Assembly (NCBI GenBank): GCA_011109175.1
Contig: RDEW01000076.1
Coordinates: 62,001-126,000 of the forward strand
DNA length: 64,000 bases
Reading direction: 5' to 3'
Origin: Dicyema japonicum
Lineage: Eukaryota > Animalia > Dicyemida
The notes below the pieces were generated by a model. It made no database searches, had not been told where the DNA came from, and worked only from the letters and a program-made list of their open reading frames with translations. Shown here piece by piece: positions 10,759 to 22,891 of this stretch (its first letter is position 1; each line of letters begins with the position of its first letter). The translations under genes and the position numbers were made by a program.

Positions 10759-13700
10759 ATGCAAGCACTTAATTTCCGCGAATCATTCGTTTTGCTAGCC
10801 AAACGAGCGCTCGAAGATAAAAATCAAAAGAAATTCACAATTTTGAAGACAGACAGCTCGCTCTTTTGCTTCAAACCAAATAATATTGTTAGACAATTCT
10901 GCACAAAAATAATAGAATTCAAGCCTTTTGAATACTTTATTCTTACAGCAATAATCGTAAACTGTATTCTCCTAGCAATGAACACCCCATTCCCTAACGA
11001 TGACACCAATTATACGAATAAAATGCTGGATCAGATTGAGTACGCCTTTATAATCTTATTCACTTTGGAAGCTATAATCAAAATCATAGCTCTTGGATTC
11101 ATTTTCACTGAAAATTCTTATTTAAGCACAGCTTGGAATATCCTCGACTTTCTCATCGTTGTGATTGGGTACTTATTCTTGTAAGTATAGTATTGTGAGT
11201 GCAATCCTCTCAAACGTGGACAGCAACATCTTTGATGTCAAATCTTTACGAGCTTTTCGAGTTTTAAGACCCCTCCGACTGGTCTCCGGTGTTCCGAGTA
11301 ATTAATTTTGGAAAACTTTAGGTCTCCAAGTTGTTGTAAACTCTATCATCAAGGCGATGTTTCCGTTGTTCCATGTCTCCCTTCTTGTGATTTTTGTGAT
11401 AACAACCTACGCTATTATTGGAATGGAAATATTTTCCGATAAATTGCACAATGTCTGCAGAAATCATATAACAAGTGATCCTGTGTTTATTCCAAGATCA
11501 AATCGAGGCTTTCCGTCCGTGCAACAAGGATGGAGTCGGATACACGTGTTCTTCCAACTCATCCTGTATCAACGATTGGATTGGCCCAAATGCTGGTATT
11601 TCGACTTTTGACAACATTGGAATCGCCATGCTTACAGTTTTTCAGTGCATAACCATGGAAGGATGGACGGACGTGTTGTATAATGTAGATATCCTTAAGT
11701 TATTTCAGATCAACGATGCCTATGGGAGGTCATGGCCGTGGATATATTTTGTCAGTCTAATCATTATTGGGTCATTTTTTGTTCTAAATCTGATCCTCGG
11801 AGTCCTCAGTGGGTAAGCGCTACCAATATTCTTAGAGAATTTTCCAAAGAGCGGGAAAAACAGCATCAAAGGGGAAATTATTTCAAACAAAAAGAAAGGA
11901 AGCAGATTGAGAAATATTACGAGGAATATATGGAATGGATTCTTTCAGGGGATCAGGTTGAATCAACAAAGAATTTTCTAAAAAGAAATGCCCCTACAAT
12001 AGGTGAGATCTTAAGTGACCTTAAGGACATCTTGAGTCCAACAAAATCACGTGGAGTTTTATAATCTACGAAATATTGTTTTATGTTGGATTTTAAATTA
12101 GCAATTTGTTGGCCATTTTCAACCGAAAACTGAAAAGGAAAATTCAGAAAGCAATAAAGTCTCAGATTTTTTATTGGTCGATAATTGTGCTAGTCTTCCT
12201 CAATACGTGCGTGATAGCTCTCGACCACCACGGAGAACCCGACTGGCTTTCAGAATTTCAATGTAGATTTACTCATCACGGTAGCCATGGCGAACATTAT
12301 TTTTGTGTCATTTTTTACTCTCGAAATGATCCTGAAAATATACAGTTTTGGAATTCGGAGATATTTTCTGTCTTACTTTAACCGCTTTGACTTCATCGTC
12401 ATGATTGGGAGCATTGGGGAACTGATCCTCTCACTTTTTGGGGTGATCCATCCTCTTGGGTTAAGTATTATGCGAGCCACAAGACTCCTTAGAGTATTCA
12501 AAGTGACGAGGTCCACTGACTTTAAAATTTACAGATATTGGACTGCATTGAGGAATCTCGTGATTTCCTTGATTAACAGTTTAAAATCTATCGCCAGTTT
12601 ACTGCTCCTTCTGTTTCTGTTTATAACGATTTTTTCATTGCTCGGAATGCAGTTGTTTGGGGGTCGTTTGGATAATTCTGAAGGAAAAATCAGAAGTAAT
12701 TTCGATGGAATCTGGCAGGCATTGATTACAGTCTTCCAAGTTTTCAAAATCTTAAATTATAGATTTTGACGGGAGAAGACTGGAATCTAGTCATGTATGC
12801 TGGTATTAACAGTTACGGGGGAATCAATTCTGCAGGAGCTTTGGTTTCTCTTTACTTTGTTATACTGTTTATTTGCGGAAATTGTACATCTCCCTATAAA
12901 TCCAGATATACTGCTCAACCTCTTCCTTGCTATCGCCGTCGACAACTTGACTGATATTCAGAATGAAATTGATACCAAAGTTCTCATATTGGTTATTCGA
13001 AAGGACAACAAGACGTCCGGGATGGTGGATAGTGCCCGTGATTCTGACAGTAATAATGCTACCACTGAAGGAGAAAAAGTCTGTTATTTGGTCATTTTCA
13101 GACCAAGACTCGGAATGTCCGCCATATTCTTCATTGTTCCTGTTTTCTCATAAAAACATGTAAATTGATTTCGGTAAACGCAGATTTCGGATATTCTGCT
13201 TTAAATTTACTAAAAACAAATATTTTGAAAACTTCATTTTGATATGCATTCTGACCTCGAGTTTGACCTTGGCCTTGGAGGAACCAATCAATGAAGCGAG
13301 CAAAATAAACAAAGTCATTTTTCCGTTTATTTAAGATTCTCGTTTATTTCGATTACGTGTTCACGTGTATTTTTACGATTGAAATATTAATGAAGGTGGA
13401 ATATATTTGGCTCATTTAGATTGTGGCGTTCGGCTTTATTATGCATCCTTCCTCATTCTGCAGGGAGTCATTTAACTTGCTAGATTTGCTTGTGGTGACC
13501 ATCTCCAATGTAGCTATCTTTATGAGGTAGTCTTACTCAATCACTCAAGTGGGGGAGCAATCAAGTCGGTGAAGGTCCTGAGAGTTCTACGACCACTGAG
13601 AGCCGTCAATAGGGCGAAACAATTAAAGGTTAGATTATAGAACTTTACATTAATTCCTAATAACCTTGTTAACCCCTAAAAGCACGTCGTTCAATGTGTC

Positions 13701-16312
13701 GTGGTGGCCATAAAAACAATTGGAAGCATAATGTTGGTGACATTTCTCCTACAATTCATTTTCGCTTGTATTGGCGTCCAACTCTTTAAGGGAAAATTTT
13801 ATCACTGCACTGATCCATCCAAACTGACAGACTATGAATGCAGGTAAGCACAGGCTGCATAATTTAGGGGAAACTTTATCCACTATTCTGATTTCTCTTC
13901 TCCCCCCGAAGTGATTGAGCGTCAGTGGGTGAACGAGGCATTAAACTTCGATAACGTAATTAACGGAATCCTTACTCTTTTTGTTGTAACAACCTTCGAA
14001 GGGTGGCCAGGGTACCGGTATGATCAAAGTGATATAGAGTACTCTATAATTCTATTGACGCCACAAAGCCAGGATATGGTCCCAGTCACAACCACCAGAA
14101 GGCGATTGCGATCTATTACATAGTCTACATAATATTGATTGTCTTCTTTATGGTCAACATATTCATCGGCTTTGTGATCGTGACATTTCAGAGTGAGGGG
14201 GAACGAGAGTACAGAAACTGTGAACTTGATAAGAATACAGTGAGGGATAAATATTATCTCAGCGTAAATGCATAGAGTACGCCCTCACGGTGAAGCCAAC
14301 CAAGCTGTTTATCCCAAAGGGCAAATATCAACACTTTGTTTGGAAATTGGTGGTTTCAAAGACAGCTGAGTACATCGTCTTTGGACTCATTATTGCCAAC
14401 ACCGTTATTTTGGCCATGCAGGTTCGCTTGTGACTCACTGTAGCACCGCGGAGAGAGTCCTCAGTACAAGTCGGTTTTGGGTAAATTGAACATTGCCTTC
14501 ACTATCCTCTTTACCTTTGAATTTATCCTTAAAATATTTGGTTTTGGCATAAAAGTTGGGGACATTATGACTTTAGAATTACTTTGCTGATTATTGGAAT
14601 ATATTTGACTTTGTGATTATTGTGGGGAGTTACATTGATATCATCATGGAGTTGACTGTTCTTGTTGGATTTATTTTAGTATGAAAAAATAGTTTCCATT
14701 AACTTTTGTCGACTATTTCGTGTGATGAGACTCATTAAACTGCTTAGTAGGGGAGAAGGCATTAAAACTTTGTTGTGGACTTTCATCAAGTCATTTCAAG
14801 TAAAATTATAATAAATTTAGTCACTCCCTTACATTGGAATTCTTATAGCGATGTTGTTCTTCATTTATGCCATTATAGGCATTCAGCTGTTTGGGTCCAT
14901 TGCCTTGAATGAGAGTACTCAGATTAACAGCAATAATAATTTCCAATCCTTCCCTCAGTCTCTTCTTTTGCTATTTAGGTATATCCCCTGTATATTTGTA
15001 TATCTGTCACTGGGGAGGCTTGGCAGGAGATTATGCTTGATTGTATTCCGGGGGAACATATGCAATGTGACCCCAGAGTTAAAAATCCAAATAGCTGTGG
15101 TTCACTCTTTGCCTATGCTTACTTCATCAGCTTCTCCCTTCTTTGCTCATTCCTGGTCATTCTCTTTCATATTTCAGGGGATTAATTTGTTTGTGGCAGT
15201 CATAATAGACAACTTTGATTACCTAACACGTGATTGGTCAATCCTTGGTCCACATCACTTGGAAGAATTTGTTAAAGTATGGTCAGAGTATGACCCTGAT
15301 GCCACGTGGGTGTTTATGTGATGAGTAGAGGATTGATAAAGCACATTGACTTGGTCAGTCTTCTCAGACAAATATCCCCACCATTAGGATTTGGTATGCT
15401 ATGTCCCCACAGATACGCCTGTAAGGTGATGTCATCAGTTATTGCAGAAATTGGTAACAATGAATATGCCATTACTGAGTGACGGGACTGTCCAGTTTAA
15501 TGCCACTTTATTTGCCCTTGTGAGGACCTCCTTGAAGGTCAAGACTGAGGGTCGACCTTTTATGTATTTTTAGGAGTTTATTATCGCTGTAATGATGATT
15601 TGAAGGACATAATATTAAAAATATGGAAAAAGACAAAAATTGAGTTTTTAGACAACATTTTCCCGTCCATTGGTTATTTTCACTATTATTTAGAATCTGA
15701 TGAGACAACTGTTGGAAAGTTATATGCTACTTTTTTGATTCAGGATTACTTCAGGGAATTTAGACGACGAAAACAAGAAATGGAAAACAAACCATCTTAC
15801 AAATTCCAGGCTGGACTGCGTGTTCCCCCAGACATTGGCCCCAACATTACAAGGAAGAGATCTTCTCATATTCAAATCAATTCAGTTTATATAAAATGAC
15901 AATTATAGAGGGACTTTAGGCCAAGAATTCAAATGTAGTGATATAACTATATGACTATAGGGAGGGTCAAACAGTGATGAATTCAAGTCTATCCCGTCCA
16001 CTGGAATTTATCAGCGAGTCGATAAAGTACAGTATTGTTTGATTCGAAGAAGTAATTCGCCAGTGTTACTTCATGAACAATCTCTTAGGGTAAATGGACC
16101 GGTCGCTTATAGAAGGGAGAGTAGTTGTACTTTGCTTATTGACAAAGTTATTTACGGTTATATCATAGATTTTGAGAATTGAGGGAATGGATGATGTGGC
16201 TGAGCCTGAATCATTGACGAATGAGATGATGAGGATTAATGATATTACTATTGAGGAGTTGGATTCGGTTGCACAGGACTACATTGATATGGACTTTAAT
16301 AAATTTAGTTAA
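10759..16312 (+). CDS. Cav1: Voltage-gated calcium channel alpha1 subunit, L-type (Cav1)
   Basis: Four repeats with filters TMEGW/TGEDW/TFEGW/TGEAW (EEEE); S4 [19 protein letters not shown]; LSGEFSKERE; Cav1-type IQ motif [16 protein letters not shown]; distal DITIEELD motif before TAA at 16312. 31 introns mapped between 11169 and 15693; exons from 15880 to 16180 are not fully resolved. Confidence 0.97.
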
Positions 16313-16473
16313 TTAATTATTTAAAGTAATTTTATTAATTTTATTCTTTATTAATAATTATTCATTTTTGAAAAGTAATGAGTCTTTCGATATTAGTTCA
16401 AGTAGTAGAAGAGGTCAAAGGATTGGTCCCTTTTTCCATAAAATTTTTTTTATTTTGAGTCAATAAAGCGATT

Positions 16474-19447
16474 TAAAATAATTTCCACGTTGTTGTCGTC
16501 GTTAATATATACAGTTCTCTCTCCTATTATCTATTCATGTCTGTTTTTTATGATGTACTACACGAAGACATTTCATGCAAAGGGTGCAGAGTATCCAATT
16601 CTCGCATGTGCGGGATTCGATGTTCTGTATGTGTTGGTTACTTCCACATAGGTTGTGAAAAACTATCCAAGAAAATTGCTCGATCACTTCCCTCGTGGTC
16701 GTGCCGGTCGTGCCGTCTGGAACTCACTAAAATTGAACCTTATGATCATTTTGTGTCATCATCATCTGTATCAGACTTCTGGAAGCCATGTCTCCGGAGG
16801 ATTTTCTGGTTTTATTTTCAAACACGCGACAAAGGAAGATTATCCCTGTCAGGATCCCCAGGGCTTCCCGGATCTCAATTGCTTCTGCCCTTTCTTCTTG
16901 CATTGAGAAAGCTCTGTCCAATGGCTCGAAAAAGGATTGGATGGTTCTTTTCTCTTTCCCTGTCCTGGCTATGGGGTTAGAGCGTAAGCCTGCCCCATCT
17001 TCTCGGAAACCCTCTTTATCCCATGTCCTGAAGAAGCACGTGAGTGCCTTTATGGATTCATGGGAGTCCTTGGCTGAAGAATTATTTGTTTCCTTAGTTG
17101 ATTACTTCCCAAAGTCCAATTCCAAGCAATCCAGTATGGCTCCTGAGAGGCTTCGCTCTCGTGTCAGGAAGAAATTGATGGAGGGCGATCTTACTGCTGC
17201 AGTTCGAACTGTTTGTACGGATTCTGACCCGGTGAAAGGAGACACTCTCTATATTGGGACAGAAACATCCACCAGAACCAGAAGACTTTTGTAAACCTGT
17301 TCGTCCAGAACAATCTATGCATGATATTTCCACTTCAGCCATTTACAACGCTCTTTGTTCTTTTCGAAGAAGTAGCAGTGGAGGAGTTGACGGTCTCAAA
17401 CCTGACCATCTGTCAGACTTGGTGTCCCATTCTATCGGCAGGCCTGGATCGCTACTCTTGGAGCGAACCCGGGATCTCGTAGCTCTCATGCTTTCCGGAA
17501 ACGTTTCCGATTTTGGTCGGAATCTCCTCTTTTCGGCGAGTCTAACGGGCCTTGGTAAGAAAGATGGTGGTATTCGCCCCATTGCAATTGGAAACGTATT
17601 TCGACGTTTATCCGCAAAAATGGCTTGTCGTTTTGTTATCTCCCGAATTTCAGCCGAATTTTGTCCTTCGCAGCTTGGTGTCGGAATCAATGGCGGCTGT
17701 GAAGCTGGGATCCACGCAGTGAGAGAATTTGCGTCACAATCAGCTGAATTGAATGTTGAGGACAGAGTTTTATTCAAATTGGACCTCCGGAATGCCTTCA
17801 ATTCAGTCAGAAGGGACACCTTGATACCTGTAGGAGGAGGATTCCTCAGATTTATCCCTTTGTATATCTCGCGTATTCGGATCCATCCCCTCTTGTTTTT
17901 GGCAGTGGAATTATTTCATCCGGAGTTCAACAGGGGGACCCACTCGGTCCTCTTCTATTTTCCTTGTCTATTGACCATATTGCCCAGGACCGTTGCACCC
18001 CACTAACGTCTGGTATCTGGACGATTGTATTCTCGGTGGAAGTCCCGATGATATTCTATTCAAAGTTGCATCGATCAGAAGTTTGTGTGCAAAAATCGGT
18101 CTGGATTTTAACAATGAAAAGTGCGAAGCAATTAATCTGAATTTGAGTTCCGATTCATTCTACCTTTTTCATAGAAAACTCAGCGATATCATCCCAGGGG
18201 TTAGGGAGACTCATATTGATTCTCTCGACTTCCTTGGGTGTGGGATTTTGGTAAACCGGGTGAGGGAGTTATTGGAACGCAAGAGGACTAATTTACGTCA
18301 ATATGCCGACAGGATGAGTTTTTTGGACCGTCATGTCGCCTTTTTTATGCTGAAGAATTGTCTCCTTCTCCAAAACTCCTTTTTATTCTACGGGGATCCC
18401 CATGCTACGCCGAAAAAGACCTTCTATCGTTAATTGATATGGATATCCGGTCAACGATGGGGTCCATTCTTAATGTTCGTTTTGATGATTTCGGATGGTT
18501 ACAGGCCTCACTCCCTGTAGCCTGCGGTGGTTTGGGTCTTTCTCTTCCTTCGGACGTTGCTTTGGGCGCCTATTTATCTTCGTTCGGCTCGTCAAGGCGT
18601 TTAGTGGATACGGTCCTTCACTCTACTTCCGGACTAAACGTACCGCTGACGCCGTCGGGAGCCTGGGATGAATGGATGAATTTGTACCTGAATGCTCCGG
18701 CAATTGTGATAAGCAAAAGTCCTATTTGTTTTGTGTCTTCGAAAAGAAGAAAGAGTCCCTTGAAAAGACGGAAGATGTAAGAAGGCTTGCCTGCCTCAAA
18801 ACAGCCAGTTGTCACTCGACGGGGGCCTGGATGAACGCTTATCCATCTGCCGAAATTGGAAACCTGTTGGATGATGAGGCTGTGAGAATAGCTACCTCGC
18901 TTCGTCTTGGTCTTAAATTGTGTGCCGAAAGAAAATGCCGCTGTGGACGTTGGATCGATCCTTTTGGTTATCATCCCTTGTCATGCAAGATGAGTGCGGG
19001 TCGTTTCCCCAGGCACTCCTGTCTTAACATGACATTAAAGAATTCCCTTGCCTCTGCTGGACACCATTGCCTGTTAGAACCTGCTGGTCTTTCCCGAAAC
19101 GATGGAAAACGCCCTGATGGGATGACGACTTTTCCATTCGCCAACGGACGAAACCTGATCTGGGACGTGTGTTGATACTTATTCCCCGTCTAATTTGGTT
19201 GCTTCTGCTTCAGACCCAGGTGTATCTTTTTGTTCCATTCGCTGTGGGACGTCAGGAATCCTTGGCCCCCAAGCAGATGAGTTGGTTCGTAAGATCGGCT
19301 CCATGATTCAAGCTGTGACCAAGGATCCGCGAGAGACTGGTTGGTTTCGAGAAAGTATCTCGTTGGATATTGTTAGGGGAAATAGCATGGCCATTCAGAT
19401 ACCTTAATTTAATTTTTATTAATAAAGTTTAATTTGACTGGAAAAAA
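16474..19447 (+). mobile_element. Near full-length CRE-like RLE non-LTR retrotransposon with PHD finger and 12-bp TSD
   Basis: TSD AATAAAGCGATT at 16462-16473 and 19448-19459; A tail; PHD at 16576-16713; RT (GIRPIAIG, KLDLRNAFNSV, GVQQGD, WYLDD); CRCG...HPLSC, KRPDG, LIWDVC, ISLDIVRGN. Several frameshifts. Confidence 0.9.
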
Positions 19448-19539
19448 AATAAAGCGATTAGGTGTGAAAAAGAAGAAGTCAAAGGATCTCCCCTTTTCAT
19501 CAAAAAACAAAAAAATTTAGAGAATTATTTTTTGCATTT

Positions 19540-19960
19540 AATGGAAACCTTCGTACTGTGGTCTGTCCCTTTCAAGAAGCTAGAATTAACTCATTTTTAG
19601 CTAAGGAACATTCTATTGGACATCCTGCTGTTTCCAAGATTTGCAAATTAATTTGCGAAAAATACATTGGTTATTCGCCATTTTATGTCAACTTGTGATT
19701 TCTGCAACCATTTCAACAGTCTAAAGATTTGTGAAGATATGCAAATAATTACTGTTGATTTACTCAGTTGGGCCCTTGAAACCTTACAAACGGATGGTGG
19801 AAAAGAGTTTTGTAACTCTGAAGTTTCAGCATTATTATGTGATTGGGGATAACGGCGATTCATGGTAGACCAAGACACCCTCAATCACAAGGCAGGTGGA
19901 ACGCTATAATCAAACGCTAAAGCGCAGGTTAGCGAAAACTATTTCAATAAAAATCTAATA
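19540..19960 (+). mobile_element. Ginger/gypsy-like integrase remnant
   Basis: H..IGH...CDFC Zn motif; LQTDGGKEFCN; HGRPRHPQSQG..ERYNQTLKR. Confidence 0.7.
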
Positions 19961-20229
19961 TAACGTTTCTAGTAGTTGTCACAACATGAGATAAAAAGAT
20001 TCGATGGCCATATGAGAGAAAGAAAACAGAATTTAACATACACTACTGTACTCCGGGATTTTACTTCACTATTTTCCTTAGGGATTTAACTTCTCTCTAT
20101 TTTATTTTTTTGAAACAAAACTTAGTGGTTGTTAATATTTTCAAGTGATAAATTTGTCTTATCAACAACCCGGGGTCTCATGACATACGACATTTATTAT
20201 TATTTTGCAAAAAGCAACTAAATGAAAGT

Positions 20230-21700
20230 TATCTCCTCGTTGCTTCTGGAAGGCCGTGGATAATCTTCCATGTTAGATTCCTTCACACTCTCTTTGGGAA
20301 GGCGATTTTTCGAGGGACATCTAGGACGTCTGCATGTTCGAGTTTCTTATTACAGTAACAAGATCTTCTTGAATTGAAATAGGACAGAGTAGCATGGACG
20401 TCCGTGGTATTCACAATTTCATTGTTTGCCGGATCCTGATTTTCATCAGCGACGTACCTGATTTCTGGGTGGGAGTTTATTTTTTCACATTGTGACTGCC
20501 CATGTTCCAGAATTTTACAGAAGCACATGGGGGACAAACACATTGTAAAGTCGCAATTTTGTCTTGAATGATACATGGGGACTACTCATCCATTTGACTG
20601 TATTTTCTTATTGTTGCTAAAGTTTTCCTCCTTTTATGTCTTCCCAGTCCCCTAGTAGAGACCCTAGCTTCCTCACTCTTTTCCATGGCCCCTCTTTTCA
20701 CTGTGGTTATGCCAGTTTTTTCAATATTCACTTTCAATCACCATTCGAATAAATCGAGTGCACAGTCTAGGATATTTTGTATATCACCCATCTTTTCGAA
20801 AACATAGTCTCGTGTGGTGAGGTATCAAATATTTTGTTATACATGTGACAATTTTTTGTGTCAATAAGTCGTAAGAATTTTATGAGTTTTTTTTCTATCC
20901 CTGCGTTATATTTTAGCTTGAGGCCTGGGGTTGCCAGTAAATTGTGGTTCTCGTTGTGGAATTGGTTTCTGAAATAACTTCGTTAGGAATTCTCTTTCGG
21001 TCAGTTACTTTAATTTTTATAGATACGCTTGATTTATTCACAATTCTGATTGCCCTGAGCATTTTCGCACCGTTTTCTAATTTTTCTAGTTCCAAGGCAA
21101 TGTTATTGAGATTAGTCGTGGAGTACTTTCACTCTTTATATTCCTCTATATTTCCCTTCTCTTCTTTAACTCTTCTTAACGTTGCACTTAGGATTTTCTT
21201 TTCTGAGTGAGTTCCTTTGTATTCTTGACAATTCTTGAATTTCCTTATCAGAACTGATTCCTCTCACATTAAAAGTGATTAAGCTGAAATTCTTTCTTCC
21301 ACAGTGTTTTTGAGACATTATCAGCACTAAGTACTAGATAGGGATGTCACCATCTAAATTAAAATATTAACCCCCGTTTCGCTAAAATGTAGGAAATCGA
21401 CAACCGTCAGAAAGCTATCCGCTAAGACAGGACGCTTCCAGAGATCCAGAACTTTGACGTCGAGCCATGGAAGTCCAGGATAGAGGCATAGTATAGCGTC
21501 ATCCTAATGAAATGCTTGTACAATAAGATAAGGCACTCCTTTTCCTGGCAGTTCATGTGGCCAGCTATTACTCGGAGGATGTTTAATTTTCGTTTTACTT
21601 TGGTGTAGAGTACTTCAACATGGTAGTTAAAACTGAGTGAGTGTCAAACGTGACTACATCACCACCTCAACCAAATAAGTGTCATAGCTGACATACAATG
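20230..21700 (-). mobile_element. RTE LINE remnant
   Basis: CLSPMCFCKILE...RYVADE (RT); KMLRAIRIVNK homologous to the 5090-5611 ORF; degraded APE near 21400-21690. Confidence 0.6.
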
Positions 21701-21775
21701 TGAGTTTCCAAAATTAATTTTATTATATTTTTTATTTAATTCAAAAACACCAATAGTTAATCTCGTTGAAATTAA

Positions 21776-22840
21776 TTAGGTGATCCCGACAATCCTGAAG
21801 AGCTTTCTCAGCTTCACCGATGCTGGACTTTTGACCCAACACATTCATGGCATGGGCGGGGGACAGTGTTCGTGAGAAAGCTAACTGGGGTGATGTGGTT
21901 CTGGAAGCTTGACACAGGACAGACTGTCGACGACAGGTCCTGCTGGAGGGTAACGTCAAGAAGCTCTTGCCGTTTTCCTCAATGAGGTAGTCAAAGGGAC
22001 TGGGTGGAATGTTGTTCAGCTTTGCCATGTGCATTATGGTAGTCGACGCTCGACATAGGTGTTATCAACTTTAAGACGGTTCTCACGAGAGATTAATTCC
22101 CATGCTGCACAGGCATAACTGATTGTTGGCTCGATGAATTGCTTTTTTATTCCACCAAATATGGTTTTGATTAAACCAATTTTCCTCTGACAAGTTCCAA
22201 TGGTCTTCTCAATATGGGCAGAAAAGCGCATCAAAAGTGACCCCCAGAATTTTAGGGTTCTTCGTAAAATGGATTTTTTTGTTGTCCAGGATAGATCCAC
22301 AGTACATATTCTGAGCCTTTCATCCGAGGTAAATAGAGTGGCGGAGGATTTTTCGGGAGATATGTTCATCCGGTTTTGGTGTAGCCAAGTTTGAATTTGA
22401 AGCAAGAGTTCTTGTACTTTTTTGAAGCAATCGTGAGGTCTTTATCACGTGAAATAATGAGTAGGTCATCAACATAAGCGAGAATTATCGAGTCTCCCAT
22501 AACTGGGTTGGGAATGTCAGAAAGGTATAAGGTGAATAGGGCAGGAGACAAGGGGAGCCTTGGGGAACTTCATTTGGAAGTAATCTTGAAACTGATCGAA
22601 TCCCATCCAAGCATGCACGCCCTCTCCTTCCGCTGAGAAATTTGAAAGCCATAATGTTATGTTCGAGTTGATGATAGTCTAAATATTTTTTGAGTTAAGA
22701 TTTTTCTGGATACAGAATCTAGGCCTTTTGTAGGTCGAGACAGCATAAAACAGATTTTAGATGTGGTTTGGCAGAAAAGCCTTCAATAATGAACTGGTTC
22801 AATGAGGTGAGTTGATGTAGACCGGTCTCTCCTGAAACCA
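21776..22840 (-). mobile_element. Jockey/I-like LINE, 5'-truncated
   Basis: LSPALFTLYLSDIP...LAYVDDLLII; WLHQNRMNISPEKSSATLFTSD; ends LFRIVGIT*. Confidence 0.8.
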
Positions 22841-22891
22841 TGTTGGAATAATAAATATTAAAAATCATACAAGAATAATAAATATTAAAAA

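Noticed and set aside
10759-16312. Stop-codon reassignment to explain the fragmented ORF track
   Set aside because: GT-AG micro-introns restore continuous standard-code proteins and no exon needs readthrough.
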